NCBI GenBank assembly: GCA_977017645.1
Contig: OZ360223.1
Location: 107,384,001-107,448,000 of the forward strand
DNA length: 64,000 nucleotides
Direction: 5' to 3'
From: Torpedo marmorata
Taxonomy: Eukaryota
Both the position numbers and the translations under genes were made by a program. The notes under the pieces are model-generated. The model had not been told where the DNA came from, ran no database searches, and worked only from the letters and a program-made list of their open reading frames with translations. Every line of letters begins with the position of its first letter. Within the stretch, counting starts at the first letter, position 1. Shown here one piece after another: positions 22,645-35,034 of the stretch.

Positions 22645-24074
22645 TGTATTTAGTTATTAATACTTTTTAAAGTATTCTAAAAACTTTTAGAGTTGATTAA
22701 AAGGGCTTCTTGGCTTAATCTGCTAGGGGAGGTGTATTTCTGCGTCTTCTCCCTACGCCATCACGCCACGCCCCCCGGAAAAAATTATATTGTACTAATC
22801 TATATCTAACATTAATAACTTTAGTCATACTTAATTTACATAAATCTTTCCAATGATTTTCAGCTATATTAACATTTAAATCTAATTCCCATTTTAATCT
22901 TGATTTATGTAATCCTACTTTAGGCATTTTTCTCTGAAATAATTTATACATTTGAGAAATAAACTTATTAACATTTGCTTTAGTTATTAATAATTCTAAC
23001 TCATTATGTCTTGGAGCAATCAAATCATCTCCTAATTTCTCAATCAAAAAAGCTTTAACTTGATAATAAGATAACCATGTATTATCTAATACATTAAACT
23101 TTTCCTTCAATCTTTGAAAGGTAACAAATCTTCCAGCCTCAAAACAATCTTTAAAATTCTTAATTCCTTTTTGAAACCATGCTTTCAGATTTTGATATAA
23201 TGGCATATTTAAAGAAATTAACCCCTTCCCACCTATTTCTTTATCTACCTGTGTCCATATTTCCAACAAATGTTTAATAATCGGTGAATTTTTCTTTCTT
23301 ACTAATAATAATTTAGAATTCCACTTATAGATAATATCCTCGTTATAATTTTCTCCTATATTATTTAATTCTATATTAACCCAGGCAGAAGTTTTAGTTA
23401 AATCAAAAAATTCATTAACAAATTTTAATTGAGCTGCTTTATAATAATATTGAAAATTAGAAAGTTGCAATCCTCCCATCTCATAATTCCATGTTAACTT
23501 ATCCATACTCACTCTTGCTAACTTTTCTTTCCATAAAAATTTCCTAATAATAAACTTTAAATCTTTAAAAAAAAATTTTGGAATTCCAAAAGGAATTGAT
23601 TGAAAAAGATATTGAATTCTTGGAAAAATATTCATCTTGATACAATTTACTCTCCCCATTAAAGTTATAGGCAAATCTTTCCAATTTTCCAAATCTTTCT
23701 TTATTTTCATAAATAAAGGTACATAATTTAATTTATAAAAATTTTCTAATTTTGTATCCACTTTAACTCCCAAATATTTAATTCCTTCTTTTGCCCACTT
23801 AAATTCCGTAACCTCTCTGCATCTAGTATAATCACCTTGAGATAAAGCGATTATTTCACTTTTATCTGAATTAATTTTATACCCAGATATTTCACCATAT
23901 TCTGTTAATATAATAGCTAATTGTTGATGTTTTCTGGATGACCCAAATTGCTTCAACACAGAATGCTGAGAACACATAACTTGTCAATCAGCATTTACAA
24001 AGAGATAATACATCTCTTTGATATATGATTTTTTAAAATCATTACAGAATTATTTTTGAGTTGTTATCATTGTG

Positions 24075-27000
24075 GTAACAAAAGCGTTCTATGCGTATGT
24101 GAAGAACAGAAGGATGATGAGAATGAAGGTGGGGCCGCTAAAGGATAAAGGAGGCAACATGTGCCTGACTGGAGGAGGTTGGGGAGGTCCTAAAATGAAT
24201 ACTTTGCTTCAGTATTCACAAGAGAAAAGGACCTGGATCAGGGTGAGGTCAGAATAGAACAGGCTTGTGTGCTGGACAATGTTGAGATTAAGGAAGAGGA
24301 TGTGTGGGATCTTCTTAAAAACATTAAAATTGATGTCCCCGGGGCCAGACTTGATATACCCCAGGTTGTTGTGGGACGAGATAGCTGGGGCAGTGGCTAT
24401 GATCTTTGAGTCCTCTTTGGCCATAGGGGAGGTGCCGAAGGATTGGAGAATGGCAAATGTGGTCCCCTTGTTTAAAAAAGGTAATAGGGAGAATCCTGGG
24501 AATTATAGACCAGTGAGTCTTACGTCAGTGGTGTGCAAAATATTGGAGAGGATTCTTAAGGATAGGATCTATGAGAATTTGGAGAAGTACAGTCTACTCA
24601 AGGTTAGCATGGCTTTGTGAAGGGAAGATTGTGCCTCACGAGCCTAATTGAGTTTTTTGAGGAGATAACAAAGGAAATTGATGAGGGTAGGGCAGTAGAT
24701 ATGGTCTATATGGATTTTAGTAAGGCATTTGACAAGGTCCCCCATGAGAGACTTGTTCAGAAAGTCATGATGCATGGGATCAATGGAACCTTGGCTGTGT
24801 GGATAAAAAAATTGGCTTGCAATGTCGAAAGCAGAGTAGTAGTGGAAGGAAAGTATTCTGCCTGGAGGTCAGTGTCTAGTGGAGTTCCGCAAGGATCTGT
24901 TCTGGGACCCCTGCTCTTTGTGATCTTTATAAATTACCTAGATGAAGAAGCAGAAGGATGGGTCAGTAAGTTTGTGGATGATACGAAGGTTGGAGGAGTT
25001 GTGGATGGTGCTGAAGGTTGTCGTAGGTTACAAAAGGTGGACGCAGAGGGGGGCTACAAGTCAAGCTGAGACGCGGGAACCTGAAGCTTCCGCTCCCTTC
25101 CATCCTCCTGGCCAACGTACAATCCTTGGAGAACAAACTTGATGAACTCCAAGCCAGACTTCAACATCAGAGAGTCATCAGGGAGTGCTGCGTGATGTGC
25201 TTTACGGAAACGTGGCTAAACGAGGACATTCCGGACACGGCGCTACAGCCCAAGGGCTACACCCTCCATCGCGCTGACCGAACACCGGCGTCTAGAAAAA
25301 CCAGGGGAGGCGGCGTGTGTGTCATCATCAATTCATCGTGGTGCACAGACGTGACGGTCATGTCCCCGTCCTGCTCCCCCGACCTGGAACATTTGGCAAT
25401 CAAGTGTCGCCCATTCTATCTGCTGAGGGAGTTCACCGCCATCATCCTGGTCGCAGTGTACATTCCGCCCCAGGCTAACGTCAGGCTGGCACTGGAGGGA
25501 CTGAGCACTGTGATAAACAGCCATGAGACAGCACATCCTGATGCCTTCCCGATCTTTGTGGGAGACTTCAATCAGGCCAATTTGAAGAAGTCACTGACAA
25601 ACTACCACCAACACATCACTTGCGAGACCAGGGGAACCAACACACTCGACCACTGCTACACCACCGTGAAGAACGCATACCGAGCCATACCACGACCGCA
25701 CTTTGGCAAGTCTGATCACCTGGCTGTACTTCTACTCCCGGCGTACAAGCAGAGACTGAAGACCACAGCACCAGTGGTGAGGACGGCGAAAGTATGGTCG
25801 AGGGAGGCGGAGGAGCGTCTGCAGGACTGCTTTGAATCGGTGGACTGGAACATATTCAAGCACTCAGCCATAGACCTAAATGAATATGCAACAGGTGTCA
25901 CCGACTTCATCAAGACCTGCATGGATGAGTGTGTGCCCACGCGCAAATACCGGGTGTTCCCCAACCAGAAGCCCTGGATGAATCAGAGAATTCGCAACCT
26001 GCTGAGGATGAGAACAAGGGCGTTTAAGGCCTGAGACCGGGATATTTACAAAAAGTCCAGGCACGACCTGCGGAAGGCCATCTCTGAAGCAAAGTGGCAA
26101 TTCCGGAGGAAGCTAGAGACAGAGACAGATACACGAATGCTATAGCAGGGAGTGCAGGCCATTACAGCCTACAAAGCAAGGGCGAACACTATAGACGGCT
26201 GTGATGCTTCACTACCCGATGAGCTGATCACCTTCTATGCCCGCTTTGAGAAGAAGAACAAAACAGTGCCTACTAGATTCCCTGAAAAGGCTGAGGACCC
26301 TGTGATATCTGTCTCTGAGGGCGACGTCAGAACATCATTCAAGAGGGTGAACCCTCGCAAGGCGTCAGGCCCTGACGGCGTACCTGGCAGGGAATTGAAA
26401 ATCTGCGCCAACCAACTAGCCGGAGTGTTCACGGACATTTTCAACCTCTCATTGCGGCAGTCAGAGGTTCCCACCTGCTTCAAAAGGGCATCAATCATCC
26501 CGGTACCCAAGAAGAGTAGTGTGAGCTGCCTCAACGACTACCGCCCAGTAGCACTAACTTCTACTGTGATGAAATGCTTTGAGAGGCTGGTCATGGCCAG
26601 AATTAACACATACCTAAGCAAAGATCTGGACCCACTGCAATTCGCCTATCGCCACAATCGCTCCACAGCAGATGCAATATTGCTGGCTCTCCACTCAGCT
26701 CTGGACCACCTCGAAAACAGCAATTCATACATACGGTTGCTCTTCATCGACTACAGCTCGGCCTTCAATACCATTATTCCCTCAGTGCTGGTCAAGAAGC
26801 TACAAACTCTAGGCCTCTGTACCCCACTCTGCAACTGGATCCTTGACTTTCTCATCGGAAGACCACAGTCAGTACGAATTGGAAACAACATCTCCTCCTC
26901 ACTGATTATCAACACAGGCGCACCCCAAGGATGCGTGCTTAGTCCACTGCTCTACTCGTTATACACTCATGACTGTGTGGCCAGGCATAATTCCAATGCC

Positions 27001-28692
27001 ATATACAAGTTTGCCGATGACACCACAGTTGTCGGCAGAATAACAAACGGCAATGAGGAAGCGTACAGGAGGGAGATAGATCAGCTCGTTGAATGGTGTA
27101 ATGGCAACAACCTTGAGCTCAACGTCAGCAAAACCAAGGAGATGATTGTGGACTTCAGGAGGAAGTCAGGGGAACACGACCCAGTCCTCATCGAAGGCTC
27201 AGTCGTGGAGAGGGTTAAGAACTTCAAATTCCTGGGTGTCAACATCTCTGAGGATCTGTCCTGGAGAATCCACGTGGATGCAATCACAAAGAAGGCTCGT
27301 CAGCAGCTATACTTTGTAAGGTGTTTGCGCAGATTCGGTATGTCACCAAAGATTCTCGTAAACTTCTACAGGTGTACCGTGGAGAGAATTCTGGCTGGTT
27401 GCATCACTGCCTGGTATGGAGGCGCCAACTCCCAGGACAAGAGTAAACTCCAGAAGGTTGTTAACTCGGCCTGTGACATCACAGGCACCAAACTTCACTC
27501 CATCGAGGACATCTACATGAGGCGGTGTCTTAAAAAAGCAGCCTCTATCCTCAAGGACCCCCACCACCCAGGCCATGCCCTCTTCACTCTGCTTCCATCA
27601 GGGAAAAGGTACAGGAGCCTAAAGACGAGCACTCAAAGGCACAAGGACAGCTTCTTCCCCGCTGCCATCAGATTCCTGAATAATCAATGAACCAAAGACA
27701 CTGCCTTACTTTTCATGCACTATTGTTTATAATTTTTTTATAGTAATGTTGTTAGATGGTTAATATGAATGTTAATTGCACTATGATGCTGCCGCAAAAC
27801 ACCAAATTTCATGACTTGTTCATGACAATAAATTCTGATTCTGATTCTGAAAGGATATAAACAGGATGAAGAGTTGGGCGGAAAAGTGGCAGATGGAGTT
27901 CAATCCGGCTAAGTGTGAGGTGATGCATTTTGGAAGGACAAACCAGAAGGCTGAGTACAGGGTTAATGGTCGGTTACTTAGGAAGTTGGATGAACAGAGA
28001 GACCTTGGGGTCCAAATCCACACATCCCTCAAGTCGCCGCACAGGTTGATAGGATAGTTAAGAAGGCCAATGGGATGTTGGGCTTCATTAATAGGGGGAT
28101 TGAGTTCAAAAGTCGAGAGGTCATGTTGAAACTCTACAAATCTCTGGTGAGACTACACTTGGGAATATTGTGTTCAGTTCTGGACACGTCATTATAGGAA
28201 GGATGTGGAAGCTATGGAAATGGTGCAGAGGAGATTTACCAGGATGTTGCCTGGATTGAAAAATAAGTCTCTTCAAGGTTAGCAGAGCTAGGACTTTTCT
28301 CTTTGGAGCGTAAAAGGATGAGAGGAGACTTAATAGAGGTCTACAAGATTCTGAAAGGCTTAGACAGGGTGGACAGCCAGCGCCTTTTTTCCAGGGCAGG
28401 AATAGCAAACACCAGAGGACATGTGTACAAAGAGAAGGGAGGGAAGTTTAGGGGAGACATCAGGGGTACGTTTTTTACACAGAGAGTTGTGGGTGCCTGG
28501 AATGCCTTGCCAGGGATGGTGGTGGAGGCTGAAACATTATGGGCATTTAATAGACTCTTAGACAGGCACATGGATGGGAGAAAAATAGAGGGTTATGAGG
28601 TAGGGAGGTTTAGTACTTTTTTAAGGAATATATGGGTCGGCACAACATCAAGGGCCGAAGGGCCTTTACTGTGTTGTAGTGTTCTATGTTCT
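24075..28692 (+). mobile_element. CR1 LINE (degraded ORF2 RT and 3' UTR) split by the Rex1 insertion
   Basis: PGNYRPVSLTS, DFSKAFDKVPH, SGVPQGSVLGP, FVDDTK up to 25037; resumes at 27851 (WAEKWQMEFN); ends TGTTCTATGTTCT. Confidence 0.9.
25038..27850 (+). mobile_element. Rex1/Babar-type LINE, near-complete EN-RT ORF with two premature stops
   Basis: ORFs 25126..26034 (FTETWL, GGGV, GDFN, SDH) and 26152..27690 ([33 protein letters not shown]) are in one frame. Tail is AATAAA plus (ATTCTG)n. Possible AAAGG TSD. Confidence 0.9.
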
Positions 28693-29249
28693 TTGTTCTG
28701 CAGCATCCAATTTATGCAAAGCATGTGATAAATAACATGGCAATCTGTTTTACTGATCGTGACCAATGGATAAATTACAGCTGGGTCTCCAGAATTTCTT
28801 CCCAGCTTTTTGGGAAAAATACTGCTGAAGGATCTCTTACTGGCATCTGAACAAACAGAGAGGACCTCCGTTAAAAGTCTTCTTGTAGCTCTGATAGTCC
28901 AGCAGTCCCTCAGTACTACAATGTACTACAATCTGCTCAAGTCTCTGGCCTGGAGCTCTAACTACTGACGTTCTGATTTAAGATGCCAAGCTGACGGCAC
29001 AGTACTTATAAGAACTCTCCCATTCTTCATACTAAAGGGTCCAGCTTGTTCTGTGCTCTTTCAATTCTGGTAAATATATAGGTAACCTCTTGCAAACAGT
29101 TCAATCACCTTGTTGAGCAGACTTGGGAACTGATTTGCCACGAAAAATACATGTTTATTGGTGACATTGGGCGGCATATTATAACTGCGCCCACTGTACA
29201 TTTACATGACCAAGTTTTCGACTTCATATTGCATTAAATGACAGCCTAC

Positions 29250-29560
29250 TCAGTCTCTCTTCTCCACCCTCCCATCCATCAAAAGATATGAGCTTGAAAA
29301 CAAACAACTCCAGATTCAAGGAGTTCTTTCCTGCTTTTATCAGCACAAGAATGAACTTCTCATTAATCAAAGATGATGACTTGTACTGTTTAACTGTACT
29401 TTTCATCAGTGTCCCTTGCACTTTTTGTTTTACTGTAACACCACCCACTAATTTTGTTTATATTCTTGCACTATTTGTCTTACCACGAATGGGTCGACTG
29501 GCCTGGATAGTGTGCAAAGCAAAGTTTTTCATTGCATTTCGGCACACATGACAATAAACA
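29250..29560 (+). mobile_element. Old Rex1-like 3' fragment
   Basis: SLKTNNSRFKEFFPA resembles the Rex1 C-terminus; ends ACATGACAATAAA. Confidence 0.5.
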
Positions 29561-29959
29561 ATTTAACACTGGAGCAAACTGGCGGCCCAGATTACAAACT
29601 TTAATCCACAAATACTCCATAAACTAAACCAAAATCTTTAATTAAATTTTGCAAATCGATAGCCCACTTAACATTAATTGTGATGAGGGAGGTTTTTTTT
29701 TTACACACAGACCTTCTGATGGTCTAAAGCAGCTCCTGAGTTCACAGATTTCCTTCTTGTCAGCTGAATATTGAATCCCAGGACATTTGGGGATGGAGGT
29801 GGTGTCTGGAGGAGAGATGCAAAGTCCTGTCAGACACACATTCCACTCCTCTCTAATTCTCCCTTCTACACACAGGCTTCACCAGGGTGTCCTTTGAAGA
29901 GCAAGGAGGGCTGGGGGGTGTCAGAAATCAAACCCCCTTCATCCAACGTGGGGAAGTCG

Positions 29960-30260
29960 TGTGCCAGCCGGGCCGAAAAGAGTCCTCCGTAACCCGGGGC
30001 AACCGGCGCCCTCTGACCTGGCAGTGCTTCCTGGCAGCCTGAGACAGCAAGATGGCGGCGGGGAGGGACTGAAGACTGACCCCGACTGTCGTGGGGAGGG
30101 CGCACACTGGGATCGTCGAAGCTTCTTGCAGGGTTTACGGTCACCGACCGCCGCCATGTCGATGGAGGATCCCTTTTTCGTGGTGAAAGGGTCAGTAGCG
30201 CCATCGGGTAGAGCGGACGGGGCTTGAAGTAGTCCCGCCCCCGAACCTCCCCATCCAGTT
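29960..30260 (+). promoter_or_regulatory. STX6 CpG-rich promoter / 5' UTR with YY1-type motif and Kozak context
   Basis: Local CpG/GC enrichment in non-repeat DNA; AAGATGGCGGC at 30049-30059; GCCGCCATG at the start codon. Confidence 0.7.
30156..30190 (+). CDS. STX6: Syntaxin-6 coding exon 1 (MSMEDPFFVVKG)
   Basis: Matches the STX6 N-terminus; 35 nt; donor GG|gtcagt. Confidence 0.95.
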
Positions 30261-30956
30261 TACCCCTTCACATTCTCCCGTCCCCGATCCTTTCCTCTCT
30301 TTCCAACCATCCCACCACTGCCCATTCCCCCACGCACCCTCCCCTCACCCCACAGCCACACTCACCCCAATCCTTTCCTCTCACCCCACCACTGTCCCAT
30401 ACTATCCACAGAAAACAAGCTCTTTGGCTCTTCTGGTCTGTGCCGAACTATTATTCTGCCTAGTCCCAATGATCTGCACCCAGTCTATAGCCCTCATACA
30501 CCCCCATCCATGTACCTGTCCAAATTTTTCTTAAATGTGAAAATTAAGCCCACATTCACCACTTCAGCTTGCAGCTCGTTCCACACTCCCACTACTCTTT
30601 GTGTGAAAAAGTTCCCCGTATATTCCCCCAAAATGTTGACCCTTTTACCCTTAACCCATGTCCTCTGGTTGGTATCTCACCTATCCTCAGTGGAAAAAGC
30701 CTACTTGCTTTTATTCTATCCATACCCCTCATAACTTTGTATACCTCCATCAAATCTCCCCTCATTCTTCCATGCTCCAGGGAATAAAGTCCTAACCTGC
30801 TTAACCTTTCCCTGTAATTCAGTTCCTGAAGTCCTGGCAACATCTTAGTAAATCTTCTCTGCACTCTCAATCTTATTGATGTCTTTCCTGTAGTTAGGTG
30901 ACCAAAAATGCACACGATACTCCAAGTTTGGCTTCACCAATGACTTATACAACTTT

Positions 30957-31297
30957 ATCCAACTAAAGAGGTATATCCAACTAAAGAGGTATAGGTGCCA
31001 CAAGACTCGCACCACCAGGTTCAGGAACAGCTGCTACCCCTCCACCATCAGACTCCTCAACGTCAAACTCAATCAGAGACTCATTTAAGGCCTCTTACTT
31101 GTGCACTTTATGATTTTCTTTTTTGTTTACATTTGTTATCTGTTTACAGTTCTTTTATTTGTTTACATGTTTACGCTGTGTACAGTTTATTTTTTGCACT
31201 ACCAATTAGTGGTAATTCTGCCGCGCCCGCAGGAAAACAGAATCTCAGGGTTGTATGTGATGTCATGTATGTACTCTGACAATAAATCTGAAATCTG
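30957..31297 (+). mobile_element. Rex1 3' fragment
   Basis: KRYRCHKTRTTRFRNSCYP-coding DNA; AATAAATCTGAAATCTG tail; same family as 45315-46722. Confidence 0.8.
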
Positions 31298-31630
31298 TAT
31301 CATAACATCCCAACTCCTACACTCAATACTTTGATTTATGAATGTCAATATGCCAAAAGCTCTCTTTACAACCCTATCTACATGTGACACCACTTTCAGG
31401 GAATTGTGTATCTGTATTCCCAGATCCCTCTGTTCTCCCGCACTCCTCAGTGCCCTACCATTTACCGTGTATGTCCTTTCTTGGTTTGTCCTTCCAAAAT
31501 GCAACACCTCACACTTGTCTGCATTAAATTCCATCTGCCATTTTACAGCCCATTTTTCCAGCTGGTCCAGATCCCTCTGCAAGCTTTGAAAGCCTTCTTC
31601 GCTGTCCACAACACCTCCAATCTTTGTGTC

Positions 31631-33842
31631 ATATAACCATATAAACCATATAACAATTACAGCACGGAAACAGGCCATTGGGCCCTTCTAGTCCGCACCG
31701 AACCAAACACTCCTCTCTAGTCCCACCTACCTGCACCCTGCCCATAACCCTCCACCTCCTTCTCATCCATATACCTGTCCAACTTTTTCTTAAATAATAA
31801 AATTGACTCTGCCGCCACTACTTCTCCCGGAAGCTCATTCCACACCGCTACCACTCTCTGAGTAAAGAAGTTCCCCCTCATGTTACCTCTAAACCTCTGC
31901 CTCTTAACTCATGTCCTCTTGTTTCAATCTCTCCTACTCTTAACAGAAATAGTCTATCCACATCCACTCTGTCTATCCCTTTCATAATCTTGAATACCTC
32001 TATCAAATCCCCGCTCAACCTTCTACGCTCCAAAGAATAAAGACCTAATCTGCTCAATCTCTCCTTGTACTCTAGATGCTTAAACCCAGGTAACATTCTG
32101 GTAAATCTTCTCTGCACTCTCTCCACTCTGTTGATATCCTTCCTATAACTTGGCGACCAGAACTGCACACAGAACTCTAAATTAGGCCGCACCAACGCCT
32201 TATATAATCTCAACATCACTTCCCAACTCCTATATTCTATGCAATGATTGATAAAGGCCAGCATACTAAAAGCCTTCTTCACCACCCTATTCACATGAGT
32301 TTCTACCTTCAGGGAACGATGCACCATTACTCCTAAATCTTTCTGCTCTTCGGTATTCATCAATGCTCTCCCATTTACTACGTATGTCCTGTTCTGATTC
32401 TTCTTACCAAAATGAAGCACCTCACACTTATCAGCATTAAACTCCATTTGCCATTTTTCAGCCCACTTTTCTAAGCAGCCCAAATCCCTCTGTAATCCTT
32501 GAAAACCTTCTTCATTATCCACTATTCCACCTATCTTCGTATCGTCTGCATATTTACTAATCCAGTTCACCACCCCATCATCTAGATCATTAATGTATAT
32601 AACGAACAACAATGGGCCCAATACAGATCCCTGAGGCACACCACTGGTCACCGGCCTCCAACCTGACAGACAATTATCCACTACCACTCTCTGGCCTCTC
32701 CCTTTCAGCCAATGTTCAATCCATTTGATTATCTCAAAATTTATACCTAAAGACTGCACCTTCCTAACTAACCTTCCATGTGGTACCTTATCGAAGGCCT
32801 TACTGAAGTCCATATAGACAACATCCACCGTGCTACCCTCATCCACATTCCTAGTCACCTCTTCAAAAAATTCAATCAGATTGGTCAAACAGGACCTTCC
32901 GCCCACAAATCCGTGTTGAGAGTTCCTGATCAGACCCTGTCTATCCAGATATTTATAAGTACTATCTCTAAGAACTTTCTCCATTAATTTACCTACCACA
33001 GACGTCAAACTTACAGGCCGATAATTGCCAGGCTTCCTCCTTGAACCCTTTTTAAATAACGGAACCACATGCGCAATACGCCAATCCTCCGGCACTATCC
33101 CCATCTCTAATGACATTTGGAAAATTACCGTCAGAGCCTCTGCTATTTCCTCCCTTATTTCTCTCAAGGTCCTGGGGAAGATCCCGTCTGGTCCCGGAGA
33201 CTTATCCACCTTTATATGCCTCAAAAGCCCTAACACGACATCTTTCGTAATCACTATATTCTCCATATTTACCCAATTTGCTTTTTTTATCTCACATATC
33301 CCAATATCCTTCTCCTTGGTGAATACCGAAGAAAAGAAACTGTTCAATATCTCCCCCATTTCTCTAGGCTCCACACACAGTTTTCCGCTCTGATTCTCTA
33401 AGGGACCAATTTTGTCCCTCGCTTTCCTTTTACCATTAACGTATTTGTAGAAACCTTTTGGATTAATTTTCACCCTGCTTGCTATAGTCTCCTCGTACCT
33501 TCTTTTAGCTTTCCTAATTCCTCTCTTAAGATTCCTTTTACATTCAATGTATTTTTCAAACATCTCCTTAATTCCATGCTTCTTATACTTAATGTACGCC
33601 TCCCTTTTTTTTCAAACCAAGTTTCCAATATTCCTCGAAAACCATGGCTCTCTCAAACCTTTTGCCCCTCCTTTTAACCTAACAGGAACATAAAGCTTTT
33701 GCACTCTCAAAATCTGATCTTTAAAAGACTTCCATCTCTCTACTACATCCTGCCCATAAAACAAATTGTCCCAATGCACACCCTGTAAGTCCCTTCGCAT
33801 CTCCTCAAATCTAGCTTTTCCCCAATCAAAAACCTCAATGCT
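31631..33842 (-). mobile_element. Younger 5'-truncated CR1 with an intact 561-aa RT frame
   Basis: ORF 31878..33563 (YADDTK); microsatellite tail of TATATGGTT-like units at 31631-31652. Confidence 0.9.
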
Positions 33843-35034
33843 TAACTTACTGATCCAATTTCCACATTATTTTCCAGATCATTGATATAGACAACAAACA
33901 ACAATGGTCCCAACACAGATCCCTGAGGCACACCACTAATCACAGGCCTCCAGTCTGAGAAGCAATCATCCACTACCACTCTCTGGCTTCTCCCCTATGG
34001 CCAATATCGAATCCAGTTTACTACCTCACCATGAATACCAAGGATCTGAACCTTCCTGACTAACCTCCCATGTGGAACCTTGTGAAATGGCTTATTAAAG
34101 TCCATGTAGATAATATCCACAGCCTTTCCTTCATCAATTTTCCTGGTAACCTCCTTGAAATACTCTATAAGATTGGTTAAACATGACCTGCCACACACAA
34201 AGCCATGTTGGTCAGTCCCTGGCCAACCAAATACTTGTATACCTTATCCCTAAGAACACCTTACAATAACTTACATACTACCGACGTTAGCCTCACCGGC
34301 CTATAATTTCCTGGGTTACTTTTGGACCCTTTTTAAATAATGGAACAACATGAGCTGTCCTCCAATCCTCCAGCACTTCACCAGAGGCTAAGGACATTTT
34401 AAATATTTCTGCCAGGGCCCCTGCAATTTCTACACTAGCCTCCCTCAAGGTCCGAGGGAATGTCTTGTCGTGCACTGGGGATTTATCGACCCTTATTTGC
34501 TTTAAAACAGCAAGCACCTCCTCTTTAATATGTATAGGTTCCATGACCTCACTGCCTGTTTTCCTTATTTCCCTAGACTCTGTGCCAGTTTTCTCAGAAA
34601 ATACTGATGCAAAAAAAAAAACCATTTAAGACCTCTCCCATCTCTTCTGGCTCCATACAAAGCCGACCACTCTGATCTTCAAGTGGACCAATTTTGACCC
34701 TTACTATCCTTTTGCTCTTAATATACCTGTGATAACTCTTAGGATTGTCCGTCACATTGTCTGCCAAAGCAACCTCATGCCTTCTTTTAGCCCTCTTGAC
34801 TTCCTTCTTAAGTTTTTTTTGCATTTTTTGTACTCCACAAGTACCTCATTTGCTCCTCGTTGCCTCTACCTGCTATACACCTTAAACAGATCCCCAATAT
34901 TCCTCAAAAACCAAGGTTCCCAATGCCTGTTAACTTTTCCTTTAATCCTGACAGGAACACACAAACTCTGTGCTCCCACACATCCTCTCCCGACGATCCT
35001 CTAATTTATACCCATTCCCCTATATCCCCCCATT

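Larger units (their letters stand above)
16918..22776 (-). mobile_element. Full-length L1-clade LINE (5.86 kb)
   Basis: 14-bp TSD GGAAAAAATTATAT at 16904-16917 and 22777-22790; GGGGGG 5' end; about 130-bp 5' UTR; two intact ORFs; G-rich 3' UTR, AATAAA and A-tail. Confidence 0.97.
16171..23926 (-). mobile_element. 5'-truncated L1 (host), split into 16171-16917 and 22777-23926 by the full-length L1
   Basis: 13-bp TSD ATGTTTTCTGGAT at 16158-16170 and 23927-23939. ORF2 C-terminal pieces 22715..23977, 16668..16856 and 16462..16662 are collinear across the insertion. Confidence 0.92.
30405..34975 (-). mobile_element. Older CR1 LINE in STX6 intron 1, interrupted by a Rex1 3' fragment and a younger CR1
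   Basis: Collinear CR1 ORF2 pieces 34594..34824, 34293..34625, 33995..34198, 31199..31678 and 30592..30915. Confidence 0.85.

Noticed and set aside
22715-23977. Independent 420-aa gene or third L1 ORF upstream of ORF1
   Set aside because: It is the ORF2 fragment of the host L1 reading into the 5' UTR of the inserted L1.
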